DNA of 64,000 bases from Octopus sinensis. Lineage: Eukaryota. The stretch covers positions 49,538,001 to 49,602,000 of the forward strand of contig NC_042998.1 in assembly GCF_006345805.1 (NCBI RefSeq). Reading direction: 5' to 3'. Within the stretch, counting starts at the first letter, position 1. The number at the start of each line of letters is the position of its first letter. The translations under genes were made by a program, and so were the position numbers. Under the pieces are notes generated by a model. That model did no database searches and was not told the origin of the DNA. It saw only the letters and a program-made list of their open reading frames with translations. Below are positions 1 to 15,597 of this stretch, piece after piece.

Positions 1-470
1 AAAGTACCCCAAAAGGGAATTTGAATATTTGATTTGAGAGAACTTGTGAGATAAGTAGAGGTCATAACTTGGGACAGCGAATTAAGTCAACCTGATTATA
101 ACATTTATTTATTCTGAATGGAAGACTAACAAAAGTTAGCTTTAATAAAATTTGGATTTAGAATGCAGTAGGATGTAACTAAATATCTCACTGCAGCTTT
201 TTAGTAATGTCATAGTAAGAGGTTAAAATGCTGTTGAGAGTCAACTTCATCTTTTATGTTTTGGGAGGTTGATAAAATTCTCATGAAGTATTGTTGTTAT
301 ATAATGTGCTTTCAATTCAATTTTGGGGACTGATATTTATGTTAAAAATCCTCGTTATAAGATACAAGTAACTTTAAACAACGTTTTTGCAAGTGAAACT
401 CATATATTTGTGTACTATAAAGAAAAGAGCATAAGAATTCAACTTAATTATTCTCTCTTTCTTTTTTCAG

Positions 471-541
471 TAACAATACGTGTATTCCTTTTAAATGAAA
501 CAATGCATATTAACAAGTACCATGTGCAAGTAACTTTGAAG
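471..541 (+). CDS. TEP exon 1 in window (MG2): (V)[23 protein letters not shown]
   Basis: ttttttcag acceptor, gtaact donor; phase 1 to 0; joins DPSNT exon as in the MG2 pattern V.R.....V.I.DP. Confidence 0.8.
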
Positions 542-2768
542 GTAACTATTCTAAATTAGTTTCTAATGTTGTTTGTTATTTTGGGCAATTGTCAATTGAG
601 TTTTGTCTGAAATGTTAACTTTTTACATTTTTATTTGATGTGGCCTATGCAATTTAAATTCTTGGACAATGAACTGCTGACATTACTTCTTCTTTTTCCA
701 AGAAAAACAACACAGAACACATGCACAAGTCAGAATTACTTAGCATAACTAAGGACAGGATTAACCTTTACAAGGTACAAATCAGCTTTGTTTCAGGAAG
801 AAATACTGCTGTTGTTGTCTCATTAGTGAGACAACTGTCTAGCATTTGTTGATATGGTGAAGACGTGATGGAGTTCCATGCTGTATATGCTAGTGGTCAC
901 TAAGGGACCTAGGAATTGACTGTTTTTAGAATTACATTGTAGGGTAGGCATGAGAGGCCAAATTTGGCTAGTTTGAACATAGAACGGAGAATATTTGGGG
1001 CAGATATGACTGATTTAAATGCTAAAGTGTTAAAAAATGTTGTCATGTGATTGAGGGAGTTTTGGCCAGTGATCCTCAAACTAATGAATACTAGCCCCCA
1101 CCCAGCTAAAATATTAAGGAAATACTTTGCCTATCCCTGCCAATTATTAATGAGAAGATAAAATAAATTTTGCATCTATATACTTCTGAAGATTATTAAA
1201 GATAGTAATTTATACAATTCCTTTTCAGTCTTTGCAACACCCCATTCCTTGTCCCTTACCATGGGAAACACTGGTTGAGGTCACAAACACAGTTTATTCA
1301 TGATTTTTAAAATTTGATGTGACAGATGACATGTAGTGCCTAGAGGAATAGGTGTAAGTTAAAGCATTCAGAAATGGCGATGGAAGATTGAAATTCTAAA
1401 TAACATATGTTTTCAAGCTTTCAAAAAATATGGAAAATGTGATAAGATTTCGGATGACATCAAATTTAGCTGGAATGGTTATGTAGTTATTCAGTTATGT
1501 AATCAAAATGGATTTAAAAAAAAAAATGAAATTAGTTTTTAGTAACTAAGTACAGGCATAGCTGTGTGGTTAAGAAGCTTGCTTTGCAATCACATGGTTT
1601 TAGGTTCAGTCTCACTGCAGGGCACTTTGGGCAAGTGTCTTGTACTATAGCCCTAGATTGACCAATGCTTTGTGAGTGAAATTGGTTGATAGAAACTGTG
1701 TGGAAGCCTGTTATACACGTGTGTGTGTGTGTGTGTGTGAGTGAGAGAGAAAGTTTGTATTAGTCCCACACACTGTTTGACAACTGGTGTTGGTTTGTTT
1801 ATGTCATTGTAACTTAGCAGTGCCCCAGCATGGCTACAGTCCAATACCTGAAATAAGTAAAAGATAAAGGATAAATCACTGGCACCATAATTATGAATTT
1901 TTGGTACCTTTTGATGTCAAGAAAGACTCAGTTATCTCAAGCATTTCAACGAGCAAATGATACATTTCATCCTTAACTTCCTTATATTTCAGTTTTGCAC
2001 AATTAAGACAGCATTATTTGTCTTAGCCAGTCTATATTTCTCAGTTAAATGTTTATCATACAAATATAATATATAAAAATATCACAAAGAATAAATTCTG
2101 CTGTGTCTGGGGAGAGTCATTTTCTTTTTGTGCCTTATAATGTAATACACTCACTGGTAAAATTTCCAGTTATTTCTTATTTCTATTTTCCTAACATTTT
2201 CGTTGTGTCTTGCAACCTTTTCAATAGTCTTTCAAGAGTCAAAACTATTGAAAAGGTTGCAAAACGCAATGAAAATGTTAGGAAAATAAAAATAAGGAAC
2301 AAGTGGAAATTTTACCAGTGAGTGTGTTACATTATAAGGCACAAAAAGAAAATGACTCTCCCCTGACACAACAGAATATGCTTCAACACACAAACTCATA
2401 TAAAGAATCTTGCAAACCAAATCCCAAAATGGAAAAGAATAAATTATTTTGTCTAAATTATATGAAAGTGTGATATAAAACTTTCCCCAAAAATATATGT
2501 TTTGGAATTTCTATTTTATTTTTTAAATATCTATTTTCAGGACCCATCCAATACTGAAGTTTATTCGGATATTTTTTATGAAACTTCTCCATATTTAAGA
2601 TTAGCTTATTTCTTGAACTCATCAGCCCCGTTTGGTCTTTGGACTGTTTCTGTGAAATATCTTGGAAGAAATGTTGAGGTAAATAAACTTTTCTCTTATT
2701 TCTCCTTCAAAATACATGGTGGGCCAAAATTCATGCACCAAACATTTTCCATTTTATTTATATTACCC

Positions 2769-2819
<51 letters not shown>

Positions 2820-5800
2820 TAGCACTATGACCCGGCATTGCCAGGTCATAGTGCTAGTGCATGCATATACAGCTGTGTGCATGCACACATACACGCGAGT
2901 ACTATCCAAATCTCCGACCAATCACATACAGCTAGCTGGCATTCAATTGGCGTATCAAGTTTCGGGCATTTTGATTGGGTTTTGGATAGAAAATTCACAA
3001 AAAAGTCACTTCTATTGATTTTTTAATGGCTTTGCAGGGTGACTGGGGAAATGGGACGAGTTTTAGGGAAATGTTTTTTTGCTGTAGCCCATCTGAGTTC
3101 AAATTCTGCTAATGTTGACTTTACCTTTTGTCTTTTTGGGGTTGATAAATTAATCGAATGGTCCCCACCCCAAAAATTTCAGGCCTTGTGCTTAGATTAG
3201 TAAATAATAAAGAATAAACATAACTGGATAATTTCTGTTGATTTCTAGCATTTATCTCTGCCAGTGGGGTTGCAAAGATGTTATGCTAAATTGTTTCTTT
3301 TTCTCAAAACTTAGGCTAATTAAAGAACTTGACAAATCAGTCTATTATTTGTATAATATTATTATATTATACAGAAAGGGTATTCACAGTTCACTGTCAA
3401 TACTGTTAAGAAAACCTGAGTATTTCCTTAATATAAGAAAAGTTGTTGAATAATATGGGAAATATTTTTCTAAATTTTCTCAAATCTTTTTTGGAACATT
3501 AATCCTGAGTTACATGGAGATCTTATTTCACCTTTAGATTAAAGTTTTCATGAACCTTGCTATAACAAGAATGAGAACATGTATTTCCTCTACACTCCCT
3601 CAGAGCAGAGAGGAAGTTTGATGAAAGTTACAAGATAGGGAGAGTAGGTGGGGCTAGCAGAAGAAAGAGGATGTTTCATAACCTTAATTACTGGTCCCTT
3701 CTAATCTCCATCATCCCTATGCTAACCACAATACCCAATCCTTCCTTCTTAGAAATGCCACCTCTCAGGAATTTTTCTTCCATAATTTTCTTGTAATCAT
3801 TAAATCAAAAAGTCTTTAAGGAGTGGCTGTGTGGTAAGTAGCTTGCTTACCAACCACATGGTTCTGGGTTCATTCCCACTGTGTGGCACCTTGGGCAAGT
3901 GTCTTCTACTAAAGCCTTGGGTCGACCAAAGCCTTGTGAGTGGATTTGGTAGACGGAAACTGAAAGAAGCCCATCATATATATATATATGTATATATATA
4001 TATACATATATATATATATGTATGTGTGTGTATATGTTTGTGTGTCTGTGTTTGTCCCCCCAACATCGCTTAACAACTGATGGTGGTGTGCTTGCATCCC
4101 CGTTACTTAGCGATTCGGCAAAAGTGACCGATAGAATAAGTACTAGGCTTCCAAAGAATAAGTTGTGGGGTTGATTTGCTTGACTAAAGGCGATGCTCCA
4201 GCATGACCACAGTCGAATGACTAAAATGAGTAAAAGAGTAAGGTAAGCATACTCACATTCAGTCATATCAATCTTTGAGGTGCAGTGAAGGTTATAGGCA
4301 CAGCTCTCCTTCCTCCTCATGTAACCATAGTAACCATACAGAAAAGCACATCATGAAATTCTTTTTTTAGATTACAAGAACATCATCAACATCATCATCA
4401 TCCTCATCATCATCATCGTCGTCATCATCATCATCATCATCATTATCGTTTTACATCTGTTAAATGATGATGATGATGATGTTTCTAAAAAAAAAAGAAT
4501 TTCATGATGTACTTTTCTATTTGGTTACAAACAATAATAATAACATTACAAAAACATCTTATGCATTTACTAATTTATTGGTAACTCAAAGATGGTGAGC
4601 TGACAGAATCATTAGCATGATGGTCAAAATACTTAGCAGCATTTTGTCTGTCCTTACATTCTGAGTTCAAATTCCACCGGTGTCAACTTTGCCTTTCAAG
4701 TTTTCAGGGATGATAAAATATGTGGTGTTATGGGCCGAAATAGCTTGTAGTGTGATGGAGGAAGAAGACAACGGAAAAAGAAGCAAATGGGAGAAAGAAA
4801 TGCAAAGACCTTACATGTTGACCTAGGTGGGATGAGCGATCACTGTCAAGAAATAAACACGTCCTTCCATACTGCCGTCTCTGCTCGAACTCCCATACGT
4901 GCTTCCTGCCCACGCATGCTCCGTGGCTGTGCCTCAGGCCCTTGCAGTCTTCACTTCCATCTACCTCCTCTGCAATCCTCTCCACCAACACCACATAGCT
5001 CATCACAGCCCATAACACCACTAACACCACAAAATAAGTGCAAACCATGCAGTGGGATTGATGTAATAGACTTACCCCCTCCCCTGAAATTGCTGGCATT
5101 GTGCCAAAATTTGAAACTAATTTGTAGGTAACTTAAAAAATAAAATCTTTATATTCCTTGCTTCAATGGCAAGAAAATTCTACCCTGATCTGCTGTAAAT
5201 GAGTTAGTTCACTTATCAAATTCTCCATCAGTCAGGCTGGTCATGTATCTGAACATGTATGTGCAGGACTAGCAACGCTTTTTCAGGGAAACTGGGAGTT
5301 GCTCATATATGCATGTCTCCTATCTCCATTCCACGTGTGTTCATCCAAAGGAAAGACTACTAATGAGGCTGATACAGCTTGTCATCAGTGTTGTCTCAGG
5401 TGTTGTTGTCAGAATGCAAAAAGCTGGTAGAGGCACATGGCCTAGTGATTAGAGCAGTGGACTTGCGGTCGAGGGATCGCGGGTTTGAATCTCAGACTGG
5501 GCGATGTGTGTGTTTATGAGCGAAACACCTAAGCTCCATGCAGCTCAGGCAGAAGATAATGGCGAACTTCTGCTGACTCTTTTGCCACATCTTTCTCTCA
5601 CTCTTTCCTCCTACATCTTACAGCTCACCTGTGACGAACTGGCGTCCCATCCAGGTGGGGAACCCATGCACCAAGGAAACCGGGAAACCAGCCCTTATGA
5701 GCCAGGCATGGCTTGAGAAGGAACAAACCATGCAAAAAGCTGAAACAGCTATCACAGGGCATGTTGGCTGACTCTCTAATAGTTCTGACAATACACTGCA

Positions 5801-8271
5801 CTAGATTGTTTCAGTTTTACTGTTCCTGAAAGAATAAAAGGCAAAGTTGATGGCAGCAGAATTTGAACTCAGAGTGCAGACAGCCAGAATAATTAGCACG
5901 AGGCATTCTATTCACTGCTCTAACAACTCAGTCAATTCATGGCTGGAGGGAAAATGAACAATGTGAATGTGTAAATGAGTTCTAACTCAATTGAAATACT
6001 GACTTTGTCATTGAATATAAAAGCAGGGAAGGTGACGAGTTGGCAGAAATGTTAGGCTATTGGGTGAAATGCTTAGCAGTATTTCATCAGTCTTTACATT
6101 CTGAGTTCAAATTCTACCAGGGTCGACTTTGCCTTTTATTTTTTCGGGGTCGATAAATTAAGTACCAGTTGCATACTGGGGTTGATCTAATCAACTGACT
6201 CTTTCCCCCACAAAATTTCAGGCTTTGTGCCTAGAGTAGAAAAGAATATAAAAGCAGGGTTTATTAGAGAACTTAATGGATCAATCTGTTTTACAGAAAA
6301 AGAAAACTATTTGAACTTGGAATCACCATCTAAAACATTTGAAAACATGGAAGTAGTAATATTTTACAATTCTCAGAATTACATTGTTAGTGAAATATGA
6401 GTACTTCCTAGATGATGAGAAATATTGTTGGATGGGAGTGGGAGATGGCTTCAGTATCTAATATGTGTGGGAGGTAAGTCTTTAGTAATCTCTTCAGGAA
6501 TATTTTAAAGCTGGGTGGCAAGAGTCTCTTATTTCAGCTTTTCATCAGAGCTTTTTATGAATTATTACCACAATGAAAATGAGATTCTGTATTTCCTGAA
6601 CACTCCCTCAGAGCTAGAAGGTTCAGATCAGAATATTTTGACTATGAACACAATTTTAAGAAGGAAGATAGAGGTTTCATGCTTGAAATAACTACCTTAT
6701 TTAAAATATTTTAACAACGGCAAATTTTAAGTCAATGTTTGAAATGAACTTGTTGAAACTAATTGAAATTAATATATTTTAATAAAATATATTCACCAAC
6801 AGAACACAATCTAAGAATAATGGAACTGTATTTTTATTTGATTTGAGTTAATCAAATTGGTCGCAAAATTAAAAATTCTTTCATTTTCCTTTTCATTAAA
6901 TAATTTTATGCATGAAATAATGATGCTTTATGCAAAATAGTTGAATTAGAATTTAAAAAAAAAATCCCACTTAACATTGAGGAAGCTTACGTAAAAACAG
7001 AGCTACTCATAAAAGAATATAGGATTCATTTATTCCAAACAGAATATACATGATGTGTTTTTCTATAAAGTTACTATGGCTACATGAGGAGGAAGGAAAG
7101 CCATGTCCATGACGTTAACTAGTATGACTGAATGTGATTATGTTTACCTTAAAAGGTTTTTGATTTAATGATTACAAGAAAATTGATGGAACAAAAATTC
7201 CTGAGAGGTGATGTTTCTAAGAGGAAAAAATTGGGCATTGTGGTTAGCATAGGGATGATGGAGGTTAGAAGGGACCAGTAGTTAAAGTTATCCTGATATC
7301 TGAGAAACTATTATGTAGTCTCTTTTACTTTTTTACTTGTTTCAGTCATTTGACTGTGGCCATGTTGGAGCACTGCCTTTAGTCAAGCAAATTGACCCTA
7401 GGACTTATTCTTTATAAGCCTAGTACTTATTCTATTGGTCTCTTTTGCTGAACTGCTAAGTTACAGGGACATAAACACACCAGCATCGGTTGTCAAGTGA
7501 TGTTGGGAGGGGGGACAAACAGACACACAGACACACACACACACATACATTACATATATATATATGTATATATGTATAAATATATATATATATATATACA
7601 TATATACAACGGGCTTCTTTCAGTTTCTGTCTACCAAATTCACTCTCAAGGCTTTAGTCTTGGGACTGAACATATTTATTTATTTTTTTAGTTGCTTACT
7701 TATTACAAAGATCTTAAAATTTCTAATCAGTTATAATCATGTATAGCATACAAATTACATAGATGTATTCTATGTATTTACATAGAGAGTCTATGTAAAT
7801 GTCTCTTCATTCAATTATTTCAAAACAATGTGATTTCAGACACCCAGATGTGTGGTTGAAAAGTTTGCTTCCTAGCCACATGGTTTTGGGTTCAATCTCA
7901 CTGCATTACACTTTGGGCTAGTGTCGTCAATTCTTAGCCCAAGCTGATAAAAAAAAGAGTCTTGCAAGTGGACATGTTATATAGAAACTGAAAGAAGCCC
8001 ATCATATATATATTCTTCTTTTGCACATTTCAGTCATTTGATTGTGACCATACTGGAGCACTTCTTCAAAGGGTTGACTTGTTCTTTGTAAGCCTAGTAC
8101 TTATTATATTGGTCTATTTTGCTGAACTGCTAAGTTATGGTGACATAAACACACCACCATCAGTTGTCAAGTAGTAGACACTTGCCCAAGATGCCTTGCA
8201 GTGGGACTGAACCCAGGCCATGTGGTTGGGAAGCAAGCTTCTTACCACACAACCATACCTGTGCCTATATA

Positions 8272-8324
<53 letters not shown>

Positions 8325-8364
8325 TATATATGTGTGTGTGTATATAAATATATATATATATGTG

Positions 8365-8407
<43 letters not shown>

Positions 8408-8537
8408 GATGCATACGCACAAGCATACACATGCATATATACATATTTATGTGCGCATGCATGAGTGTGTGTGTTTGTATGCATATATATATATATGCAC
8501 ATATATATATATATGCATATATATATATATACATATG

Positions 8538-8591
<54 letters not shown>

Positions 8592-9852
8592 TGTGTGTAT
8601 TTGTGTCTCTTTGTCTTGGCATTACATGTTAGTTACAAACGAGAGCTACTGTACATACGCAAGTGGTGTCATTATGCCCAAGGGAAAAATATTATCTTGC
8701 TTGGAAACAGGTGAGTGTTGGGGACAGGAAGGGCATCTGACCATAGGAAATCTATCTCGTAGAAAATCTAATCCAAGAAGCATCGGATTTTAGTAATGCA
8801 CGCAAGCAGACAGACAGACATTCTCAGTTTTATATATATATATAGATTAATTGGAGTTTAAAACAATTACTAACAACAACACCACCACCACCACCAACAA
8901 CAACAACAATGTTAATGATGATGATGATGATATTGTTTTCTCTCTATCTAGTATTAAATGCAACACTCAGTTTTCTGAATTTCATTTTACAACTAAAAAA
9001 ATATGATAGACTCTCTTTTCAAAGATAAAATTTTTGGTTTAAATATATTTACTTAAATAAAGTTAAATGGGTCAGTCAAAAAAAAAAAGTTTCATTTAGT
9101 AAACAAGTCTGTTTAATAAAACTGGGTGAAAAATTTTGGTTGGAATTAAATATAATGATATCTTTTTAAAAACAGGAAAACATATAACATGCGTTATCAT
9201 TTATTGAAACAGAAAGGTTTGCTTTTCTTGATATGAAATTCAACACTTTAGCACAGTCAAGTATAATTCTTATTTATTACTAGCAGAGACACCTGGTGTT
9301 GTTCAGGACTAAAATGGCATATTTTTTATTGTTTCACTTGTTTCAGTCATGTGAATCCAGCCATGCTGGAGCACCACTGTTACTCAAAGAAATTTACCGT
9401 GGGATTTCTTCATTGTAAGCCTAGTGCTTATTCTATCAGTGTGTTTTGCCAAACAGCTAAGTTATGGGGATGTAAACACAGAAAATCGATAGTGAAGTGA
9501 TGGTGGGGGTACACATCACTGGTCACAATGCGCTTCGCATTGTTTTAGCCTTCAAATGATGCCATCCCGCTGGCTAAGCGAGCAGGTGAACAGAAGAAAG
9601 AGAGAGAGAAAATTGTGGCGAAGAGTACAGGATGGTTCGCCACTGCCCCCTGCCAGAGACTCGTGGAGCTTTAAGTGTTTTTACTCAATAAACACTCACA
9701 ACACCCGGTCCAGGAATCGAAACCGCAATCCTACAACCATGAGTCTGCTACCCTAACCACTGGGCCATTGCGCCTCCACAAATCTATATATATATATACT
9801 CATACATATATATATATATACACATATACATATATATACATTTATATACATA

Positions 9853-9940
<88 letters not shown>

Positions 9941-12900
9941 TATATACATATATATATACATATATGTATGCATGTATAAAATTTGAATGAAATTGGTTGG
10001 GTAGGTCTCGAATTTTAGTGATGCACGCAGACAGACAGACATACATTCTCAGTTTTATATATATAGATTAATATTGTTTTGAATTTATCATGAATTATCT
10101 CATAGCTTTGAGTTTTCAATGATTGCTCATTTTTAGAATGAAATTGTAGGGTAAGTGTAAGGGGCTCTGGCTGGTTTGAACATAAAACAGGTAGAATATT
10201 TTGGCTGGATATGTTTGGTCTAAATGCTAAAGAGTTAAAGAATAATGGAATATATCTTAGAAATAAATACATTTTTTTAATAGTAATTGAAAGAGAAATG
10301 CATATAATGTATTGGGTTGTCTGGAAAGTACATGCCGATTTATAGTAGCTTACCTTTCGACTTATTTTAGAATATGGTTGAGTCCATAAAATAGGATTTG
10401 ACTATGCCTCCATTTAGAGCCCAGTTTAAGCTATCTTTTCATGGAAGAAGATTTATGTTCCTATAACCTGTGTTAATTCTGTAACCCTTTAAAGTGGAAG
10501 ATAAGAAAGATCATTTTCGGCACTTGATTCTTTGGGAACCAGACAAAATTTGCTGCAGCTCGGCTGGGATGTGTTACCCCGCCTTCCATATTCACCAGAT
10601 ATTGCTCCTTCAGATTTCCACTTATTCAGGTCTCTGCAGAATAGTCTTAATAGTAAAAATTTCAATTCCTTGGATGACGTAAAAAGATACCTTGATGAAT
10701 TCTTTGCCATGAAACCACCACAATTCTTGGAAGAGGGTATTTTCAAGTTAAAGGAAAGATGGAGACACATTGTGCAACAAAATGGTTCATATTTGGTTGA
10801 TTAAAAATGTAATGGTGAGCAATTATTGACCATTTTATTTCCTTTAAAAACTGGTATGAACTTTCTGGACAACCCAATATTTTATTATACAGTAGTCCAT
10901 TTTAACCCTTCACTATTCAGATTATTCTGTCAAATGTAATGTTTATGTACATTGTTTTGATCAATCATGTATTTTCTTGTAGTGTCAAGATTTCAGTGAT
11001 GTGGGTGTATATTTTTAGGTTGACAGTACAGGGTACGTGTGAGAGGCTGGATCTAGCCAGTTTTAACATAAAACATATAAAATATTTGGGCCAGATACGG
11101 TCAGTTTAAATATTAACTGGTTTTCAAAAGGGCCAAAATCTACCCTGACTTGCTATAAAAGAGTTCTCAGTTGGAAAAAAAAAAAAAAAACCCCAATGCT
11201 GTCTTCCTCAATGTACATGGAAACCAAGGCTTATGAAAGAACTTAACAAATCAATCTGTTATTTAGAAAAAAGTAGATTGCTTTAACAGTTAGCACATAT
11301 ATGTATGTATTTATTAGTTTTCTTATTAATTTATAAGGTATTTTTGTTTTAGTTACTTAAAGAAAAGAGTTCAACGTTTATGGTTCAAGAATATAGTAAG
11401 TATAATTTGTTGCCTTCATCAATTCTGTGACTTTTCTTTAATTTGTTTCAGTCATTTGACTGCGGCCATGCTGGAGCACTGCCTTTAGTTGAGCAAATTG
11501 ACTTCAGGACTTATTCTTTGTAAGCCTAGTACTTATTCTATTGGTCTCTCTTGCCGAACTGCTAAGTGACGAGGACATAAACACACCAGCATTGGTTGTC
11601 AAGTGATGTTGGGGGGACAAGCACAGACACACATACATATATATATATATACACACACACATATATCCGACAGGCTTCTTTCAGTTTCCGTCTACCAAAT
11701 CCACTCACAAGGCTTTGGCTGGCCCGAGGCTATAGTAGAAGACACTTGCCCAAGGTGCTATGCAGTGGGACTGAACCCAGAACCATGTTGTTGGTAAGCA
11801 AGCTACGTACCACACAGCCACTCCTGCACCTATACTTACCACACAGCCACTCCTGCGCCTAAATCTAATTAAAATATGTAGATATAGTAATTAGAGTTAG
11901 GAATTTAAACAAGCATATGTTCATATATGTTCACATCATCTACATTTGTGTAAGAGAAAACTACAGGAAGCATAAGATACAGTGTGAAACATCAGATAAA
12001 AATGTTTTGAAGTGTTACCTCTCAGTGAAGGTGCTCTTATCTTATTTTCACCGCTCAGGTTAACTTCAGCAGACCCATAATATCAGAATTTTCCATTAAT
12101 TGCTTCATAATGAGCTAGTGCTGCAATACACCTGTTTTTCAGGTGATCTGTGTTGGCAAGAAATATATTATATGAAAAAAGTGGCAGAAAGAATACAGAA
12201 AAATTGCTGTGGGGAATGGAATATCCTATTTCTTTACTACCCACAAGGGGCTAAACACAGAGAGGACAAACAAGGACAGACAAACGGATTAAGTCGATTA
12301 TATCGACCCCGGTGCGTAACTGGTACTTATTTAATCGACCCTGAAAGGATGAAAGGCAAAGTTGACCTCAGCGGAATTTGAACTCAGAACGTAACGGCAG
12401 ATGAAATACCTATTTCTTTACTACCCACAAGGGGCTAAACACAGAGAGGACAAACAAGGACAGACAAACGGATTAAGTCAATTATATTGACCCCAGTGCG
12501 TAACTGGTACTTATTTAATTGACCCCGAAAGGATGAAAGGCAAAGTCGACCTCGGCGAAATTTGAACTCAGAACATACAGGCAGACAAAATACCGCTAAA
12601 CATTTCGCCTGGTGTGCTAACGATTCTGTCCGCTTTCAAGGTGAAGTTGACAGAAGGAAAATGAAAGATTGCAGAGTTTCAGAGGATGCAAAAGTTTATT
12701 GTTCTTTCTTTTATGGTTCTCCCATCAGCTTTACTCTGAAGAAAGTCTCTGTTCAAAATTTTAAATATTCTATCTCTATAGTGATTTCACTGTACTCTTT
12801 TTATGGCATTTTCTAAATTGGTAAGAATAGTAATGAAGCAACTTTTAGTGTAAGGCATTATCCTGTGCTTGGAAATAAAAAGCATTTAATAAACACATAT

Positions 12901-15546
12901 ATATATTTCTTTAATACCTACAAGGGGCCAAACACAGAGGGGACAAACAAGGACAGACAAAGGGATTAAGTCGATTACATCGACCCCAGTGCGTAACTGG
13001 TACTTAATTTATCGACCTCGAAAGGATGAAAGGCAAAGTCGACTTCGGCGGAATTTGAACTCGGAACGTAACGACAAATGAAATACGGCTACAAATTTCG
13101 CCTGGCGTGCTAACGTTTCTACCAGCTCGCCGCCTAATAAACACATATAGTATGTGAATTTTATGTAGGCAAGCAATGTTTCATGCACCCTGGCCTACAG
13201 TAATTAACCGATTGTTAATGTTGGAGATGTTTTTGTGTTTATTTATATATTGATAGATTTTGATAGAGCTAATAAGAAAAAGGAGAGAGTTTTAGAAGCT
13301 GTTGTTGTGAAATGCTATGTATTTATACATGGTTATATGGTTAACAAGTTTGTTTTGTGGCCAAGTGGTTTTGAGTGGAGTCCCACTGCACATCACCTTT
13401 GGCAAGTGTCCTCTACTAGCCTTGAGTCAACCAATACTTTGTGAGTGAATCTGGCAGATGAAAACTGTGTGGAAGCCCTTTGTGTTTCATATACATGTGT
13501 GTGTGTGTGTGCATGTGTGTGTATGTATATATGTATGTGCGTGTATGTATATATATATATATATATATGTACGTGTGTGTATGTATATGTGTGTGTGTGT
13601 GTGTGCATGTATGTATGTATGCGTGTGGGAATGTGCTTTTGTGTTTGTTTCCCCGCTTCATACCATTATTTGACATCCAGTGTTAGTTTGTTTTCATTTT
13701 CACAACATACAACATGGCAAAAAACTACTGATAGAATAAATACCAGACTTAGAAACGAGTACTGGGATTGATTTCTTTGACTAAACCCTTCAATGCAGTG
13801 CCCCAGTATGGTCGCAGTCCAGTGATTAGAACAAGAAGAGATTTGAGTATTTAAGAATATGCTCTGTTATTTACAGTCTACTCCTACAATAGATATTTTG
13901 GAACAGCACAAGCTAAACTAAGATAAAATTATCATTAATTGTTTCTCTTTCCTATGATTATTAGCCATTATAGCAAACACAGGCAGACTAACTTTACTTT
14001 ATAATTATGAAATCCTTAGTTTGCTGTTCGTTCCTTCTTGAGCCACGCCTGGCTCATAAGGGCCAATTTCTCAGTTTCCTTGACGTATAGGTTCCCCACC
14101 TGGACGGGGCGCCAGTCCATCGCAGGTGAGCTGCAAGATGAAGGAGGAAAGATAGAGAGAAAGATGTGACGAAAGAGTCAGCAGAAGTTCACCATCACCT
14201 TCTGCCAGAGCCGCATGGAGCTTAGGTGTTTCACTCATAAACACACACATCGCCCAGTCTGAGATTTGAACCCGCGATCCCTCGACTGCGAGTCCGCTGC
14301 TCTAACCACTAGTCCATGTGCCTCCACAATCCTCAGTTTGATCCCACTGTGGAGTGCAGCCTCAAGTTAACCCAAAACTTATGAATGATAGTGGGTTGGC
14401 AGAAATTGTGTAGCTTATTTTATTATAATTTACTTTTTTTTCCACTTTAAGTTGTACCAAAGTTCCAAATTGAGATTAATACAGAACCAAAGCTTATTGC
14501 AGAAGACACTGATGTTGTAAATGTGACAGTCTCTGCAAGGTAAGTAATTAATTAAGCTTTTTCCATCTTTTAGTCATGTGCAGAAGTGGTACCTGTGGTC
14601 ATTCACTGGGCCTCTGGACCTGTGGGATGGAAGGAAGATGGGTTCCTTCACCCTTTAGCATTCAGATTATTCTGTTAAATGTAATACTTATTAATTCAAA
14701 TTGTTTTGAATTAATCAAGCATTATCTCATTGCTTCAAGATTTTGATGATGCAATTGTTTAGTTTTAGAATGACATTGTAGCATAAGTGTGGCAATTTTG
14801 AACATAAAGCATTTGGAATATTTTAACTGGATAGGAGGCTGTTTCTTTTCTATAATGAAAGAAGGCCTTTGGGTTTGACTTAATGTTTTTTTTATAACCC
14901 ACGCTTCTTTCTATGCTCTCTCCCTCACATGGAATTGTTGCAGCCTTTTTTCAATCTCCATCAGTGTTGTTTTTAGGTGGGATGACCTTCTAAACACCAA
15001 CCACTTTACAGTGTGGACTAAATGCTTTTTAAGTGGCAGTCCAAGCAATTTTACATCACTGGTATGCTTTGAATGTAAATGTAGTTCACTCTTTATCAGG
15101 AGAGACTTATTATATATATTTACAATGTCACCCTGTTTTCAGTTAATAAATTGTACAAAATAATGATTTTCATATATTTCAGATACATGTACAATAAACC
15201 AGTAGCTGGCCAGGTGTATATGGAAGCTAGTTATGGCAGAAGTTACTTTGATTCAATGCAGGTAAAATGTTTTACAATTATTTGCTGGAGTTTGCTGGAG
15301 CTTTTATCCATCTACTATACTCTCTTTTACTCTCTTTTACTCTTTTACTTGTTTCAGTCATTTGACTGTGGCCATGCTGGAGCACCACCTTTAGTCGAGC
15401 AAATCGACCCCAGGACTTATTCTTTGGAAGCCTAGTACTTATTATATCAGTCTCTTTTGTCGAATCGCTAAGTTACGGGGACATAAACACACCAGTATCA
15501 GTCGTCAAGTGATGTTCGAGGGACAAACACAGACACAAAAATATAT

Positions 15547-15597
<51 letters not shown>

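Noticed and set aside
323-368. Possible upstream exon GTDIYVKNPRYKIQ ending at gtaact
   Set aside because: Ends in phase 0, but exon 1 needs phase 1; lacks the TDKPIY motif and a clear acceptor
3831-4320. Recurrent peptides such as [17 protein letters not shown] and LTNHMVPGS in many ORFs
   Set aside because: Chance open frames of SINE family A, not a gene family
4728-5131. Overlapping 114-123 aa ORFs on both strands
   Set aside because: No recognisable motif; probably a decayed transposon fragment; cannot be classified without a search
8135-8793. Long ORFs rich in YI, CV and HT (also at 13.4, 29.4, 48.5 and 58.7 kb)
   Set aside because: Translations of (TA)n, (TG)n and (CA)n microsatellites inside SINEs
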